The notes under the pieces: generated by a model
Seen by the model: the letters and a program-made list of their open reading frames with translations, nothing else
Told to the model about the DNA's origin: nothing
The model's database searches: none
Program-made: the position numbers and the translations under genes
Shown: positions 6,717-16,572 of the stretch, piece by piece
How the letters are laid out: the number at the start of each line of letters is the position of its first letter
Position numbering within the stretch: the stretch's first letter is position 1
Source of the DNA: an uncultured bacterium
GTDB taxonomy: Bacteria; Oederibacteriota; JAAXVQ01; JAUVAV01
Direction of reading: 5' to 3'
Length of the DNA: 64,000 nt
Assembly: GCA_963710755.1 (NCBI GenBank)
Contig: CAVQBK010000003.1
Location: 96,001-160,000 of the forward strand

Positions 6717-9700
6717 TTATGAGACCAGCCGCCTCACGGCCACCAAGGTAATGTCGTCGTCTTGTGATTCCATGAAGGTTGTCACGGATTTGAGGATTTG
6801 TTGCAGCAGCTCAGGACAGGTCGCGGCCGCTTGTTCCTGCAGCACGGTTTCCAATCGCTGCATTTGGTATTGTTCCCGTTCGGCATTGCGGCTTTCCACC
6901 GCGCCATCGGTATAGAGCAGCAACACATCCCCGGGCTGAAGCACAAAGGTGCCGGTCTTGGTCATTTTCTCAATCTCCGGTTTAATGCCCAGCCAAATAC
7001 CTTCCGTATTAATTGCCTCCACCGTAGCGCTGGCCGCCCGGTAGATCAACAGGCTTTCATGCCGTCCGGCGTAGGCAAAGCGGCCGTGGCCTTCGTGACA
7101 AAGGGCTACGAAGGTCATATATTCATTGGCCTGCAGGCGGTTGCGAATATTGTCATAGAGGGTATGGTTGAGGGCAATGATTAACTGCCGTGGATCCATG
7201 CCCGGCTGATGCACCAGGCTATTGGTCATCGCTTGCGCCATCATCATGATCAGCCCCGGGGTAACCCCGTGGCCGGTGACATCGCCCACAAAGAACCATT
7301 CCCGTTCCTGACGGTCACAAATGAAATCAAAATAATCACCGCCCACCTCTTCTGCTGGTTGCATCAGGCCTGCAATCTCAAAGTGGGGGTTATCATAGTG
7401 CTTGGGCAAAATGGCCGTCTGGATCTGCTGTGCTAATTCCATCTCCCGTTCCAGTCGCTTTTTTTCCACCATATCCTTGGCCAAAGTGGCATTTTCTATG
7501 GAGATGGACGCCTGGGTCAAGAGCACATTCAGCACTTCCAGGTCTTCTTCATTGAACACATCGCCGACCAGAGGATTGTCCAGGTAACATACTCCAATGG
7601 TTTCTTGGTGATGTTGCAGAGGGCTGGCCAAGATGGATTTTAAACTTTGACTGCGTACATCTTCCAACTCTTGGAAGCGCTCATCCTCCATGGCGTTGGC
7701 CGTCAGGATATAGCGCTGCTTGTCCAGCACCTGCTCGACAATGGCGCGGGAGACCGCCACCTCCTGACCGGGCGTGTCGTTTTGCCCGGTGTCTTGCTGG
7801 GCCACATTAACCAGCGTACCGGTGGGTTTGTCCTTCAAAAACAAATACCCCCGCTGGGCACCGGTAATGGCCACAGCCTTAGTGATGACCGTCTCCAACA
7901 ACAGATCAAGATCGAGGATGGAACTGATGCTTTGGGAGACATCAATAATAGAGGACAGGCGATTGCGGTTGATGATTTTCTGGGAAGTGCTCATGGTTGT
8001 TTCCGGGATGTCGACCAACGCTTTGAGCCGTTCCATGTAGGCAGCGGAAGAAATGGCTTCAAAGCGGCGGTAGGCAAGCTGCAGTTGTACCTGGGCTTCA
8101 TCTTCCTTGTGCAGGCTTTTCAAATATAAGCCGTACTCATAATGACTGCGGCCCTGCTCATAGGCACGTTCCAGTTTTTCCTGGTGACGAATGCTGGCCT
8201 CAAAGGTTTGTCGGGCCAGTTTGGGTTGATGATGAAGAGCGTAATATTGAGCGGCCAGCCTGAGGCTGCAGCCATAGCTCACGGGCCAGGCTTTGTTTTT
8301 TTTGAGGGCGGTTCGGCAAGCTTGGCCGATCCTGGCCAGCGCGCGCCGTTGGGCTATAGACCCGATGTCACTGCTGTTGGGAAAAGCCTGTTGATACTCA
8401 CGGATCAATAACTCGGCCACATAATTGTATACATAAACCGTATAGGTCTTGAGAAAATGATTTTTTTCATAGAGCGCTTTACTTTCCATAATAAAGGCCC
8501 GGGCTTGCGTAAGATCGCCCAACTCCATGTAAACTTCGCCCAGCATAAAGCAGAGTTTGCATTGCAAGAAAGCCACCCCGTGAGTTTTGGCATGCTCATA
8601 GCCTTGAAGACCCTGGCTGAGGGCATCCCCAAAGTCACCCAGCGTATAGGCCGTACGCATACCATTGATATAGGAGCTGGCAATATTATAATGATTCTGA
8701 GTACGATAGGCACTGGCGCGGTACTCGGCCACCATTTCGGGCATGTCCTTCAGATTCGCCAGGTACAGATTGCTTTTCATCACGCCGTTGACACTCATAT
8801 AGTACTCGCGTGTATCCCCGATGCGTTTAAAGGTGGCGATGGACTGCTGAAAATACTCATTGGCTTTACGGAACTGGCCGCTCCACTGGTGAGCAAAGCC
8901 CATAAACTGCAGGGTTTCGGCCATACCGGCAATATTATCCTCCTGCTTATGCAAAACGCGACTAGACTCCAGGACCGTCAGCGCTCCGGGGAATTTGCCA
9001 ATGGCCATGAGCAAGGAGCCGAACATGGTTCTGGCTTCAGCCAGATCAAGGCCCGTGGTTTCGGACCAGTTTAATTTAAATAATATGGTACGGATATATT
9101 TGAGCAGATTGCTGATGATATAGCCCCAAGTTAGGGCGCGCAAGGTTTTGATGACGATCTCCTCGTAGCGCCGGTTTTTGGGTTTTTTCGTATCCAAAAA
9201 TATCTTGGGCAAGCGGACATGGAGCCCATGAATGATTAATTCCTTGAGAATGCTAAAAATGACAGCCGGTGGTTTCACTGGAAAAGGCAAGCCCCGTTCC
9301 TTCATCAGCTGAGCCACCATTTCCTCCTGCTTGGCAAACTCCCCTTTTTTCAAATAAGCCTGGGTCAGATAGTTATAATAATCGGCCCGCTGCACCTTGT
9401 CTTCACTGGCGTTGAGTAGATCGTTGAATAAGGTGATGGCCTCGTCGGTTTGGCCGATCAGCAACTTGATTTCACCCACCTGAAAATGACAATCCTGCCA
9501 CAAGGTCCGGTCGTATTGGCCTTGGGAACGTTTCCTATGCAACACAGCGGACGCAGCTTCCAGATATTTCAGGGCATCTTCATTGGCGTAGTTGGCTTTG
9601 GCTTTGATCCCGGCGCGGTAGCAATAGTGCAGAATTTTGTCATCATCGCCGCATTCTTTATAGTGATAAGCCAGGTCAAACAAAGTCTCGCCCTGCGGCT

Positions 9701-11804
9701 CCGGTTCTTTTCGCTCCATGGCCTGGGCCACTTGGCGATGCAGGGTTTGACGTCTGCCTTCGGCAATGCTCTCATAAAAAGCCTGATTGATGCGATCGTG
9801 TACAAAAATAATCTTATCCCGTTCAAAACTGTCCTGTTCCAACAGTTGTAATTCATGGGCTTTGTCGATGATCTCAATTACGTCCTGCTTGGAATCGGGA
9901 CTGAGATCAAAGAGCAACCCCAGTTTAAACGAACGCCCTACAACGGAGGCCAGGGAGAGCAATTCTTTCTCCTGCGTTGAGAGCTTCTCAATGCGTTTGA
10001 TAATGATATCCACCGCCTGGCGGGGTACACTCACAGTCTGCAGACGAGCCGTATTGATCTGCCAGCCGCTTTCGCTGTTAAAAATTACCTGTTCTGCGGC
10101 CATTTGTTTAATAATTTCCAAACTGAAAAAAGGATTGCCTTTACCCTGGCGGTAGATAACTTCCGCCAAAGCCCGCAGCCCTGCCGGTTGGTCATGCAAT
10201 ACATGACTGACCAATTGTTCCACGTCATCCAAATGAAAGGCCTGCAAATTCAATTGACTTAAAGGCAGGTGGGCCTCTGCCGCCACGGCCTGCAGGCGGC
10301 TTAGGGAATGGCCGTCACCCACTTCATCTCGGCGATAGGTACCCAGCACCAGCAGCGGATGTTGGCCGATGTCCTGCATCAATTCTTCCAGCACACTGAG
10401 ACTGCCTTCATCAGCCCATTGCAGGTCATCAAAGAAGCAGACCAAGCCTTTTTCCATTTCAGCCAAGGTGAATAAAAAGGTTACCACCGTGGCAATAAAC
10501 CGCTTGAGCTCATTGTCAGCAGACAAAGACGCCAAGGGCGGGCATTCGTCCAGGAGTAGGGCCATACCCGGATGAATGTCGAGGATGATCCGGCCCAATT
10601 GACCCACCGCTTTTTGCAGCCGCGATTGGACCACCTCTTTTCTGGAGGCTTCAAATTTATTAAAAAGGTTGAGATAATTATCCAGCATTTCCTTGATGAT
10701 GCTGTAAGGCACTTGATTGTGGCTGGCAAAAAATTTACCTTGTAAAAAGATCTTATTTTGAGTCTGCACATCATTGCGCACTTCTTCCACCAGGCGAGTC
10801 TTGCCTTGCCCGGATTCTGCGCCAATAAAGAAAACCGAACCTTGCCCGTTGTAGGCCTGTCGCAATACTTGGCGCAAATGGGTTAGTTCCAGCGAACGTC
10901 CCAATAGCCCGGTGCGGAAGTTCAATTTTTTAAGCTTGTCCTTTTCACCGAGCCCAAAGCTTTCTTCGCCAGCCTTTAACCGTTCCAGATCTGCTATCAA
11001 GCCTTGTGCGGTTTGATAACGGTCTTCCTGATCTTTTTCCAGCAGCTTCATGATAATTTTTTCCAGCATAACCGTCAGATCGGGATTGAGCTTGCCTGGC
11101 GGAGTCGGAATTTTGGCAATGTGTTCATGAATGATGTCCGTAGCCGTCTGCCCGGTAAATGGTGGCTGCTGGCAGGCCAACGTGTACAACACCGCGCCCA
11201 GAGAATAAAGGTCGCTCCGTTCGTCAATGCTCTTTTTGATAATTCCGCCCTGTTCCGGCGCCATGGCACCAAAGGTGTCCTGACAATTCTGCTGTAGTTT
11301 TAGGGTGGTGAACTCTTTAACCTGCGCCAGGCCAAAATCAGTAACTTTAAGCCGGCCCTGCTCATTATAGAGGATATTGCTGGTCTTAAGGTCTTTGTGA
11401 ATGAGGCCGGCTTCATGGCAAACCGCCAAAGCCCGTGCGGCCTGAAGCGCAATGGCCATGATTTCCTGTTCACTAAAGTGACGCCGTTCTTTGAGATGAG
11501 CCGCCAGGCTTTTGCCGTCAAAGACCTCCATAACCATGAGGTAATGCTCTCGATGCTTGTCAATACTTTCAAGGTGGATCAAGCCTTCATGTCCGAGCTG
11601 GCTGGCAGCGAGCGCTTCTTTTTTAAAACGGATGTAATCTTCCACTTTGGTTGAAATCATTTCCGGTTTGAGGATTTTAATCGCTATTTGGTGGTGCTCT
11701 TGGTCGCTTGCCTTGACCGAATAAACCTGGGACAAACTGCCTTCACCCAGCAGAGTTTCAAAAGCATACTTGCCTTTAAAGTATTCGGTGATCAGTTGTT
11801 CCAT
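6717..11804 (-). CDS. Multidomain signalling protein: Ser/Thr kinase + AAA (STAND-like) ATPase + TPR region + GAF + SpoIIE/PP2C phosphatase
   Basis: Kinase: LGEGSLSQVY, AIK, HKDLKTSN, DFG, MAPE. Walker A ESGQGKT and FDDLQWAD. GAF ..GVCYLDN.. PP2C: EVGGDYFD, GDVTGHG, LYTDG, DDIT. Confidence 0.92.
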   Translation of the reverse strand: MEQLITEYFKGKYAFETLLGEGSLSQVYSVKASDQEHHQIAIKILKPEMISTKVEDYIRFKKEALAASQLGHEGLIHLESIDKHREHYLMVMEVFDGKSLAAHLKERRHFSEQEIMAIALQAARALAVCHEAGLIHKDLKTSNILYNEQGRLKVTDFGLAQVKEFTTLKLQQNCQDTFGAMAPEQGGIIKKSIDERSDLYSLGAVLYTLACQQPPFTGQTATDIIHEHIAKIPTPPGKLNPDLTVMLEKIIMKLLEKDQEDRYQTAQGLIADLERLKAGEESFGLGEKDKLKKLNFRTGLLGRSLELTHLRQVLRQAYNGQGSVFFIGAESGQGKTRLVEEVRNDVQTQNKIFLQGKFFASHNQVPYSIIKEMLDNYLNLFNKFEASRKEVVQSRLQKAVGQLGRIILDIHPGMALLLDECPPLASLSADNELKRFIATVVTFLFTLAEMEKGLVCFFDDLQWADEGSLSVLEELMQDIGQHPLLVLGTYRRDEVGDGHSLSRLQAVAAEAHLPLSQLNLQAFHLDDVEQLVSHVLHDQPAGLRALAEVIYRQGKGNPFFSLEIIKQMAAEQVIFNSESGWQINTARLQTVSVPRQAVDIIIKRIEKLSTQEKELLSLASVVGRSFKLGLLFDLSPDSKQDVIEIIDKAHELQLLEQDSFERDKIIFVHDRINQAFYESIAEGRRQTLHRQVAQAMERKEPEPQGETLFDLAYHYKECGDDDKILHYCYRAGIKAKANYANEDALKYLEAASAVLHRKRSQGQYDRTLWQDCHFQVGEIKLLIGQTDEAITLFNDLLNASEDKVQRADYYNYLTQAYLKKGEFAKQEEMVAQLMKERGLPFPVKPPAVIFSILKELIIHGLHVRLPKIFLDTKKPKNRRYEEIVIKTLRALTWGYIISNLLKYIRTILFKLNWSETTGLDLAEARTMFGSLLMAIGKFPGALTVLESSRVLHKQEDNIAGMAETLQFMGFAHQWSGQFRKANEYFQQSIATFKRIGDTREYYMSVNGVMKSNLYLANLKDMPEMVAEYRASAYRTQNHYNIASSYINGMRTAYTLGDFGDALSQGLQGYEHAKTHGVAFLQCKLCFMLGEVYMELGDLTQARAFIMESKALYEKNHFLKTYTVYVYNYVAELLIREYQQAFPNSSDIGSIAQRRALARIGQACRTALKKNKAWPVSYGCSLRLAAQYYALHHQPKLARQTFEASIRHQEKLERAYEQGRSHYEYGLYLKSLHKEDEAQVQLQLAYRRFEAISSAAYMERLKALVDIPETTMSTSQKIINRNRLSSIIDVSQSISSILDLDLLLETVITKAVAITGAQRGYLFLKDKPTGTLVNVAQQDTGQNDTPGQEVAVSRAIVEQVLDKQRYILTANAMEDERFQELEDVRSQSLKSILASPLQHHQETIGVCYLDNPLVGDVFNEEDLEVLNVLLTQASISIENATLAKDMVEKKRLEREMELAQQIQTAILPKHYDNPHFEIAGLMQPAEEVGGDYFDFICDRQEREWFFVGDVTGHGVTPGLIMMMAQAMTNSLVHQPGMDPRQLIIALNHTLYDNIRNRLQANEYMTFVALCHEGHGRFAYAGRHESLLIYRAASATVEAINTEGIWLGIKPEIEKMTKTGTFVLQPGDVLLLYTDGAVESRNAEREQYQMQRLETVLQEQAAATCPELLQQILKSVTTFMESQDDDITLVAVRRLVS

Positions 11805-12149
11805 CAGTTTTCCCCTTATGAGCAGAGCACAGATTTATCATCCTCACTTGCGTGGGTAACACCATAAGCGGCATTCACGGGCATCGCGTCCGCTGCCAGT
11901 TATTGCACTCAGCATTAACGTTAGGGTCGGTTTTAAAAGGGATGAGCTTTAGGAGGTGAGAATGGCGGACCCGGTCGTCGGCCGATGACAACGGACTGTT
12001 TTTATTGGGTTTGGCTTGATCAAAAACAAATAAAATCTTTTATTCATAAGGAATTTATATTATTGCCTATTTTATTGTGCAATTGTGCGTTTTTCGTCCC
12101 CGAACCATTGCCAGCTTATTTTAAGGAAAACAAACATAGGCCATGCATT

Positions 12150-12182
12150 AAAAAGCCGCCTGCAGATGACAGGCGGCTTTTT
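12150..12182 (-). terminator. Intrinsic terminator downstream of typA
   Basis: AAAAAGCCGCCTG-cagatga-CAGGCGGCTTTTT hairpin with A/T tracts on both sides. Confidence 0.8.
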
Positions 12183-12188
12183 AAAAAA

Positions 12189-14021
12189 TCAATTGCCGCT
12201 GTCACGCTGACGTTCCCAGCGTTTGCGTTCCAAGGCATCCAGCAATTTTTTACGCAGCCGTAAGTTCTTGGGTGTGACCTCCACCAATTCATCATCATTG
12301 ATATATTCGAGCATTTGTTCCAAACTCATTTTTCTTGGCGGTGGCACAGTCAGGGCTTCATCCGACGATTTGCTGCGTATGTTGGTGAGCTGTTTGGTTT
12401 TGGTGATGTTCACGGTCAGATCTTTTTCGCGACAATGTTCACCGATAATCATGCCTGGGTAAACCTCAGTGCCGGCGTCGATGAAATAGTCGCCCCTATC
12501 GGAGAGTTGAAAGAGCGCGTAGGCCGTGGCCATACCGGGCTGATCGGCTATGAGTACACCCCGTTGCCGGCCAATAACCCCACCGCGAAAAGGTTCATAA
12601 CCGGCCACGGTGTGATGCATGAGCCCTTCCCCGCGGGTAATGGATAGAAACTCCGTGCGAAAGCCCAACAGACAACGGGCTGGAATTTTAAAATCCACTT
12701 TGGTGCGGCCATCATTGGTGGTGTGCATGGCACCCATCTCCGCCTTGCGGCCGCCGAGGCGTTCTATGCAAGCGCCCACATCTTCACTGTTCACGTCAAT
12801 GCTTAAGTCTTCGAAAGGTTCGAGCACCTGCTGGTCCTGATGGTGCAGAATCACTTCCGGTTTGCTCACTTGAAATTCATAGCCTTCACGACGCATGGTT
12901 TCAATTAATATAGCCAGATGCAGTTCGCCCCGGCCGGAGACCTTCAATGCATCGGGAGAGTCTGTGTCTTCCACACGCATACTCAGGTTGGTAAGCGCCT
13001 CTTTGTAAAGCCGGTCGCGCAAATGGCGCGTGGTCACAAATTGTCCTTCCTTGCCTGCAAAAGGACTGTTATTAACACTGAAGACCATGGTCAGCGTAGG
13101 CTCATCAATGGCCAGACCCGGCAGGGCATCCGCTTGGTTGGGATCGGCAATGGTATCCCCAATAGTGATATCCTCCAGTCCCGACAGCACCACAATATCA
13201 CCGGCTTGCGCCTGGGCGCAGTCCGTCCTTTTTAAGCCTTGGTAAGTATAGAGGGCGGAAACTTTGAAGGCCATCTTGTCTTGATTTTTTAGCCGGATGG
13301 CCACCACTTGCTGGCCTTTATTAAGCATGCCCCGGGTAATGCGGCCAATAGCCAGACGCCCCAGGTAATCCGAGTAGTCGGTGCTGCTCACCAGCATTTG
13401 CAGCGGCAGGTCCGGCTGCACCTGTGGCCCGGGGATATCATGACTCAGGGCTGAAAAGAGAGGATCAAGATTACTATTGTCATTGTCCATCTCCTCGCGG
13501 GCATAGCCAAAGCGGGAACTACCGTAAAGTACGGTAAAATCCAGCTGCTCATCAGTGGCGCCCAAGGCCACAAAGAGATCAAAGACCTTGTCCAGCGTAG
13601 TGTGTGGTTCTGCATCAGGCCGGTCGATTTTGTTAATCATCACCACGGCCTTTAATCCCCGTTCCAGAGCTTTTTTAAGCACAAATTTGGTTTGCGGCAA
13701 TGGACCTTCAGCCGCATCCACCAGCAGCAACACGCCGTCCACCATTTGCATAATACGTTCCACTTCCCCGCCGAAATCAGCGTGGCCGGGCGTGTCAATA
13801 ATATTGAAATTAATGCCGTCCCGGACAATGGACACATGCTTGGAAAAAATCGTAATGCCCCGTTCCTTTTCCAGCTGGTTGTTGTCCATTACCCGCTCTT
13901 CCACTTGTTCGTGGGCGCTAAAGGTTCCTGATTGTTTGAGCATGGCGTCGATCAACGTGGTTTTACCGTGGTCGACATGGGCCACGATAGCCACATTGCG
14001 TACATCCTGACGAATGGTCAT
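12189..14021 (-). CDS. typA: Translational GTPase TypA/BipA
   Basis: [34 protein letters not shown] and the C-terminal DDELVEVTP motif. Confidence 0.97.
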   Translation of the reverse strand: MTIRQDVRNVAIVAHVDHGKTTLIDAMLKQSGTFSAHEQVEERVMDNNQLEKERGITIFSKHVSIVRDGINFNIIDTPGHADFGGEVERIMQMVDGVLLLVDAAEGPLPQTKFVLKKALERGLKAVVMINKIDRPDAEPHTTLDKVFDLFVALGATDEQLDFTVLYGSSRFGYAREEMDNDNSNLDPLFSALSHDIPGPQVQPDLPLQMLVSSTDYSDYLGRLAIGRITRGMLNKGQQVVAIRLKNQDKMAFKVSALYTYQGLKRTDCAQAQAGDIVVLSGLEDITIGDTIADPNQADALPGLAIDEPTLTMVFSVNNSPFAGKEGQFVTTRHLRDRLYKEALTNLSMRVEDTDSPDALKVSGRGELHLAILIETMRREGYEFQVSKPEVILHHQDQQVLEPFEDLSIDVNSEDVGACIERLGGRKAEMGAMHTTNDGRTKVDFKIPARCLLGFRTEFLSITRGEGLMHHTVAGYEPFRGGVIGRQRGVLIADQPGMATAYALFQLSDRGDYFIDAGTEVYPGMIIGEHCREKDLTVNITKTKQLTNIRSKSSDEALTVPPPRKMSLEQMLEYINDDELVEVTPKNLRLRKKLLDALERKRWERQRDSGN

Positions 14022-14251
14022 GAGTGAAAATCCTTTCTTATTACCGTGACAAATTCACGCCGGCAGTTGGAGCTGCCGGGAATAGTTATAACAGGCTAAA
14101 AAAGCCTGTCTCAAGCGGGCTAGTTTACCGGGCCGAACGCCCTGTGGCAAGTGCTTTTTTAGCCTTGTCGGCCGGTAGGAACAGCAGGGAATCATTGCTA
14201 TTCCCACCCCAACCTGTTAAACTTTGCTATCATCTCAAAGGAGGTGAGGTC

Positions 14252-14719
14252 ATGAAAGACATCAAAGAAATTTATGATTATGCCATGCGTCTGGAAGAAA
14301 AAGGGGAACACTTTTACCGGATGTTTTCTTCCACCCTTCCCAATGCTGATGCCAGAATTTTATTTGAGTTCCTGGCCAATGAAGAATGCAAACACCGCAA
14401 AACGTTCAATGACCTCAAAGACGAAGCTGAAAGTATATTGGTCCGTACTGAGACCAAATCCGAATTCATGCATTTTATCCGCCATTTTGTCAATCAGATG
14501 CTCTTTGATGCCAATGAACTGAAGGGCCCGCTCGATCAGGTTTCTTCTCTGGAAAGCGCCTTGACCTTTGCCATGAACCGCGAGTCCCAGTCCGTGCTTT
14601 TTTATGAGGAAATGAAGCGTCTCGCTCCCCATGACATGCACGACTTTCTGGATGAAATCGTCAAGGAAGAGATAGGTCATTATTTGCGGCTATCTTCCCT
14701 CCTCGAGGCTGTGCATTAG
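14252..14719 (+). CDS. Rubrerythrin/ferritin-like diiron protein
   Basis: Duplicated E..G..FY / EExxH pattern (EECKH, EEIGH). Start ATG 14252 follows an AGGAGGTGAGG RBS. Confidence 0.85.
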   Translation: MKDIKEIYDYAMRLEEKGEHFYRMFSSTLPNADARILFEFLANEECKHRKTFNDLKDEAESILVRTETKSEFMHFIRHFVNQMLFDANELKGPLDQVSSLESALTFAMNRESQSVLFYEEMKRLAPHDMHDFLDEIVKEEIGHYLRLSSLLEAVH

Positions 14720-14868
14720 GAATCAGGGCAACCGATTGCTCCACTTCCCGAGAATCGACTATTGAGAGTCGAAATTTTAGATTCGGGCGATTTTCTATTA
14801 TCGATTTTCATTTTTTTAAAAGAGACACTTGCTAGCGGTCAATTTGCTCAAGCTCTTAGTTCCTCACC

Positions 14869-16530
14869 TTATTTCACCACCTGCTGAAAAGCTTGGTAGG
14901 TCAAATAAGACCCGCTCAAAACCTTGGCCTTAAATCCGGACTGCACCAGAATGCGATAGGCAATATAGGCCCTGATCCCCACCCGACAAGTGACCCAATA
15001 CTCTTGCTCTTTTTTCAGTTCCTGCAACCGTGCCCGCAGGTCATCCACGGGAATGTTAAGGCTATCGGGAATCGCGCCCCATTTCACCTCCCCTTCGCTA
15101 CGCACATCCAACACCACCTGCCCGCTCTGGCGCTGTTCCAACTGGTCGCACTGCACCATCTCCACGTCTCCATGCAACCAATTGGCGGCCACAAACCCGA
15201 GAAAATTAACCGGGTCTTTGGCTGAGCTATAGGGTGGTGCATAACTTAATTCCAAATCTTCCAAATCAAACACCGTCAACTGCCCGCGCATGGCTGTGGC
15301 TAGCACATCAATGCGTTTTTCTACACCCTCCCGTCCTACGGCTTGGGCACCCAAAATGCGTCCGCTTTTATTTTCAAAGAGCAGCTTAAGATGCATTGGT
15401 TTGGCCCCGGGATAATAACCGGCGTGGCTGTAGGGATGGAGATATATTTTTAAATAATCCTGCTGGCTGCGGCGCAGTTGTTTTTCATTGAGGCCGGTCA
15501 TGGCAATGGTAAAATCCATTACCTTGCATACAGCAGTGCCCTGGGTATTTTTGTAGCTGCTCGGCCGGCCCATGATGTGGTCAGCCGCAATGCGGCCTTG
15601 GCGGTTAGCCGGACCGGCTAAAGGGATGAGTGCAGGCTGATGGTTGACAAAGTGTGTCACTTCCACCACATCACCTACAGCATAAACATCAGGGTTGCTG
15701 GTTTGCATATGCGCATTGACTTCAATGCCACCGGTTGATCCAAGTCGCAAGCCTGCACCCTTGGCCAAGGTGGTTTCCGGTTTAACCCCAATGGCCAAAA
15801 GAGCCAAATCACAGGCTATATGCTCTCCCTCATTGGTAACCACCACCAGCCGGTTATGCTCATTAGTAAAAGCTACCGCTCCTTGCTTTAATTTTATTAT
15901 AACCCCTAATTTACTAAGCCGATCTTGAACCAAAGAAACCATTTCCGGGTCAACGGCATTCATAATTTGATTGCTCATTTCAATTAAAATCGGATGATGC
16001 CCTTTCTCCAGGAGAGCCTCCACCATTTCCAAACCAATATATCCGGCACCGATCACCGCAATTTGAGCCTGTTTTTTCCCTTTTAAGTGTTCAATTATAT
16101 TGTCCATATCGGTTATATTTCTTAGAGTAACCACTCTTTCGTCGTTATTTCCCGGGATGGGTGGTTTGACCGGTTCCGCACCAGGACTGAGGATCAATTT
16201 ATCAAAAGATTCTTCATATTCTTTTAGAGTATCTAAAGACTTTATTCTAATACTCTTATTTTCAATATTTATTCCTATGACTTCCTGTTGGGTACGAATA
16301 TCAATATTAAAACGTTCACGCATAGCCTCGGGTGTTTGTACAATTAAATCGTCTCGGTTTTCAATAATCCCTCCAATATGATAGGGCAATCCACAGTTGG
16401 CAAAGGAAATATAGGGTCCTCTTTCCAACATAATAATTTCACTTTCTTCAGAGAGACGCCGTAGCCGGGCTGCAGCTGAAGCACCACCTGCAACAGCGCC
16501 AACCACGATAACTTTCAATGGTTTGTCCAT
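14869..16530 (-). CDS. CoA-disulfide reductase-like flavoprotein with C-terminal rhodanese domain
   Basis: GAVAGGAS, SFANCGLPY, GAGYIG, YAPPYSSAKDPVN, and rhodanese loop CRVGIR. Confidence 0.92.
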   Translation of the reverse strand: MDKPLKVIVVGAVAGGASAAARLRRLSEESEIIMLERGPYISFANCGLPYHIGGIIENRDDLIVQTPEAMRERFNIDIRTQQEVIGINIENKSIRIKSLDTLKEYEESFDKLILSPGAEPVKPPIPGNNDERVVTLRNITDMDNIIEHLKGKKQAQIAVIGAGYIGLEMVEALLEKGHHPILIEMSNQIMNAVDPEMVSLVQDRLSKLGVIIKLKQGAVAFTNEHNRLVVVTNEGEHIACDLALLAIGVKPETTLAKGAGLRLGSTGGIEVNAHMQTSNPDVYAVGDVVEVTHFVNHQPALIPLAGPANRQGRIAADHIMGRPSSYKNTQGTAVCKVMDFTIAMTGLNEKQLRRSQQDYLKIYLHPYSHAGYYPGAKPMHLKLLFENKSGRILGAQAVGREGVEKRIDVLATAMRGQLTVFDLEDLELSYAPPYSSAKDPVNFLGFVAANWLHGDVEMVQCDQLEQRQSGQVVLDVRSEGEVKWGAIPDSLNIPVDDLRARLQELKKEQEYWVTCRVGIRAYIAYRILVQSGFKAKVLSGSYLTYQAFQQVVK

Positions 16531-16572
16531 AATAAACTCCTTTTTTCATTTTAAAAATAACCAACAGCTGGT

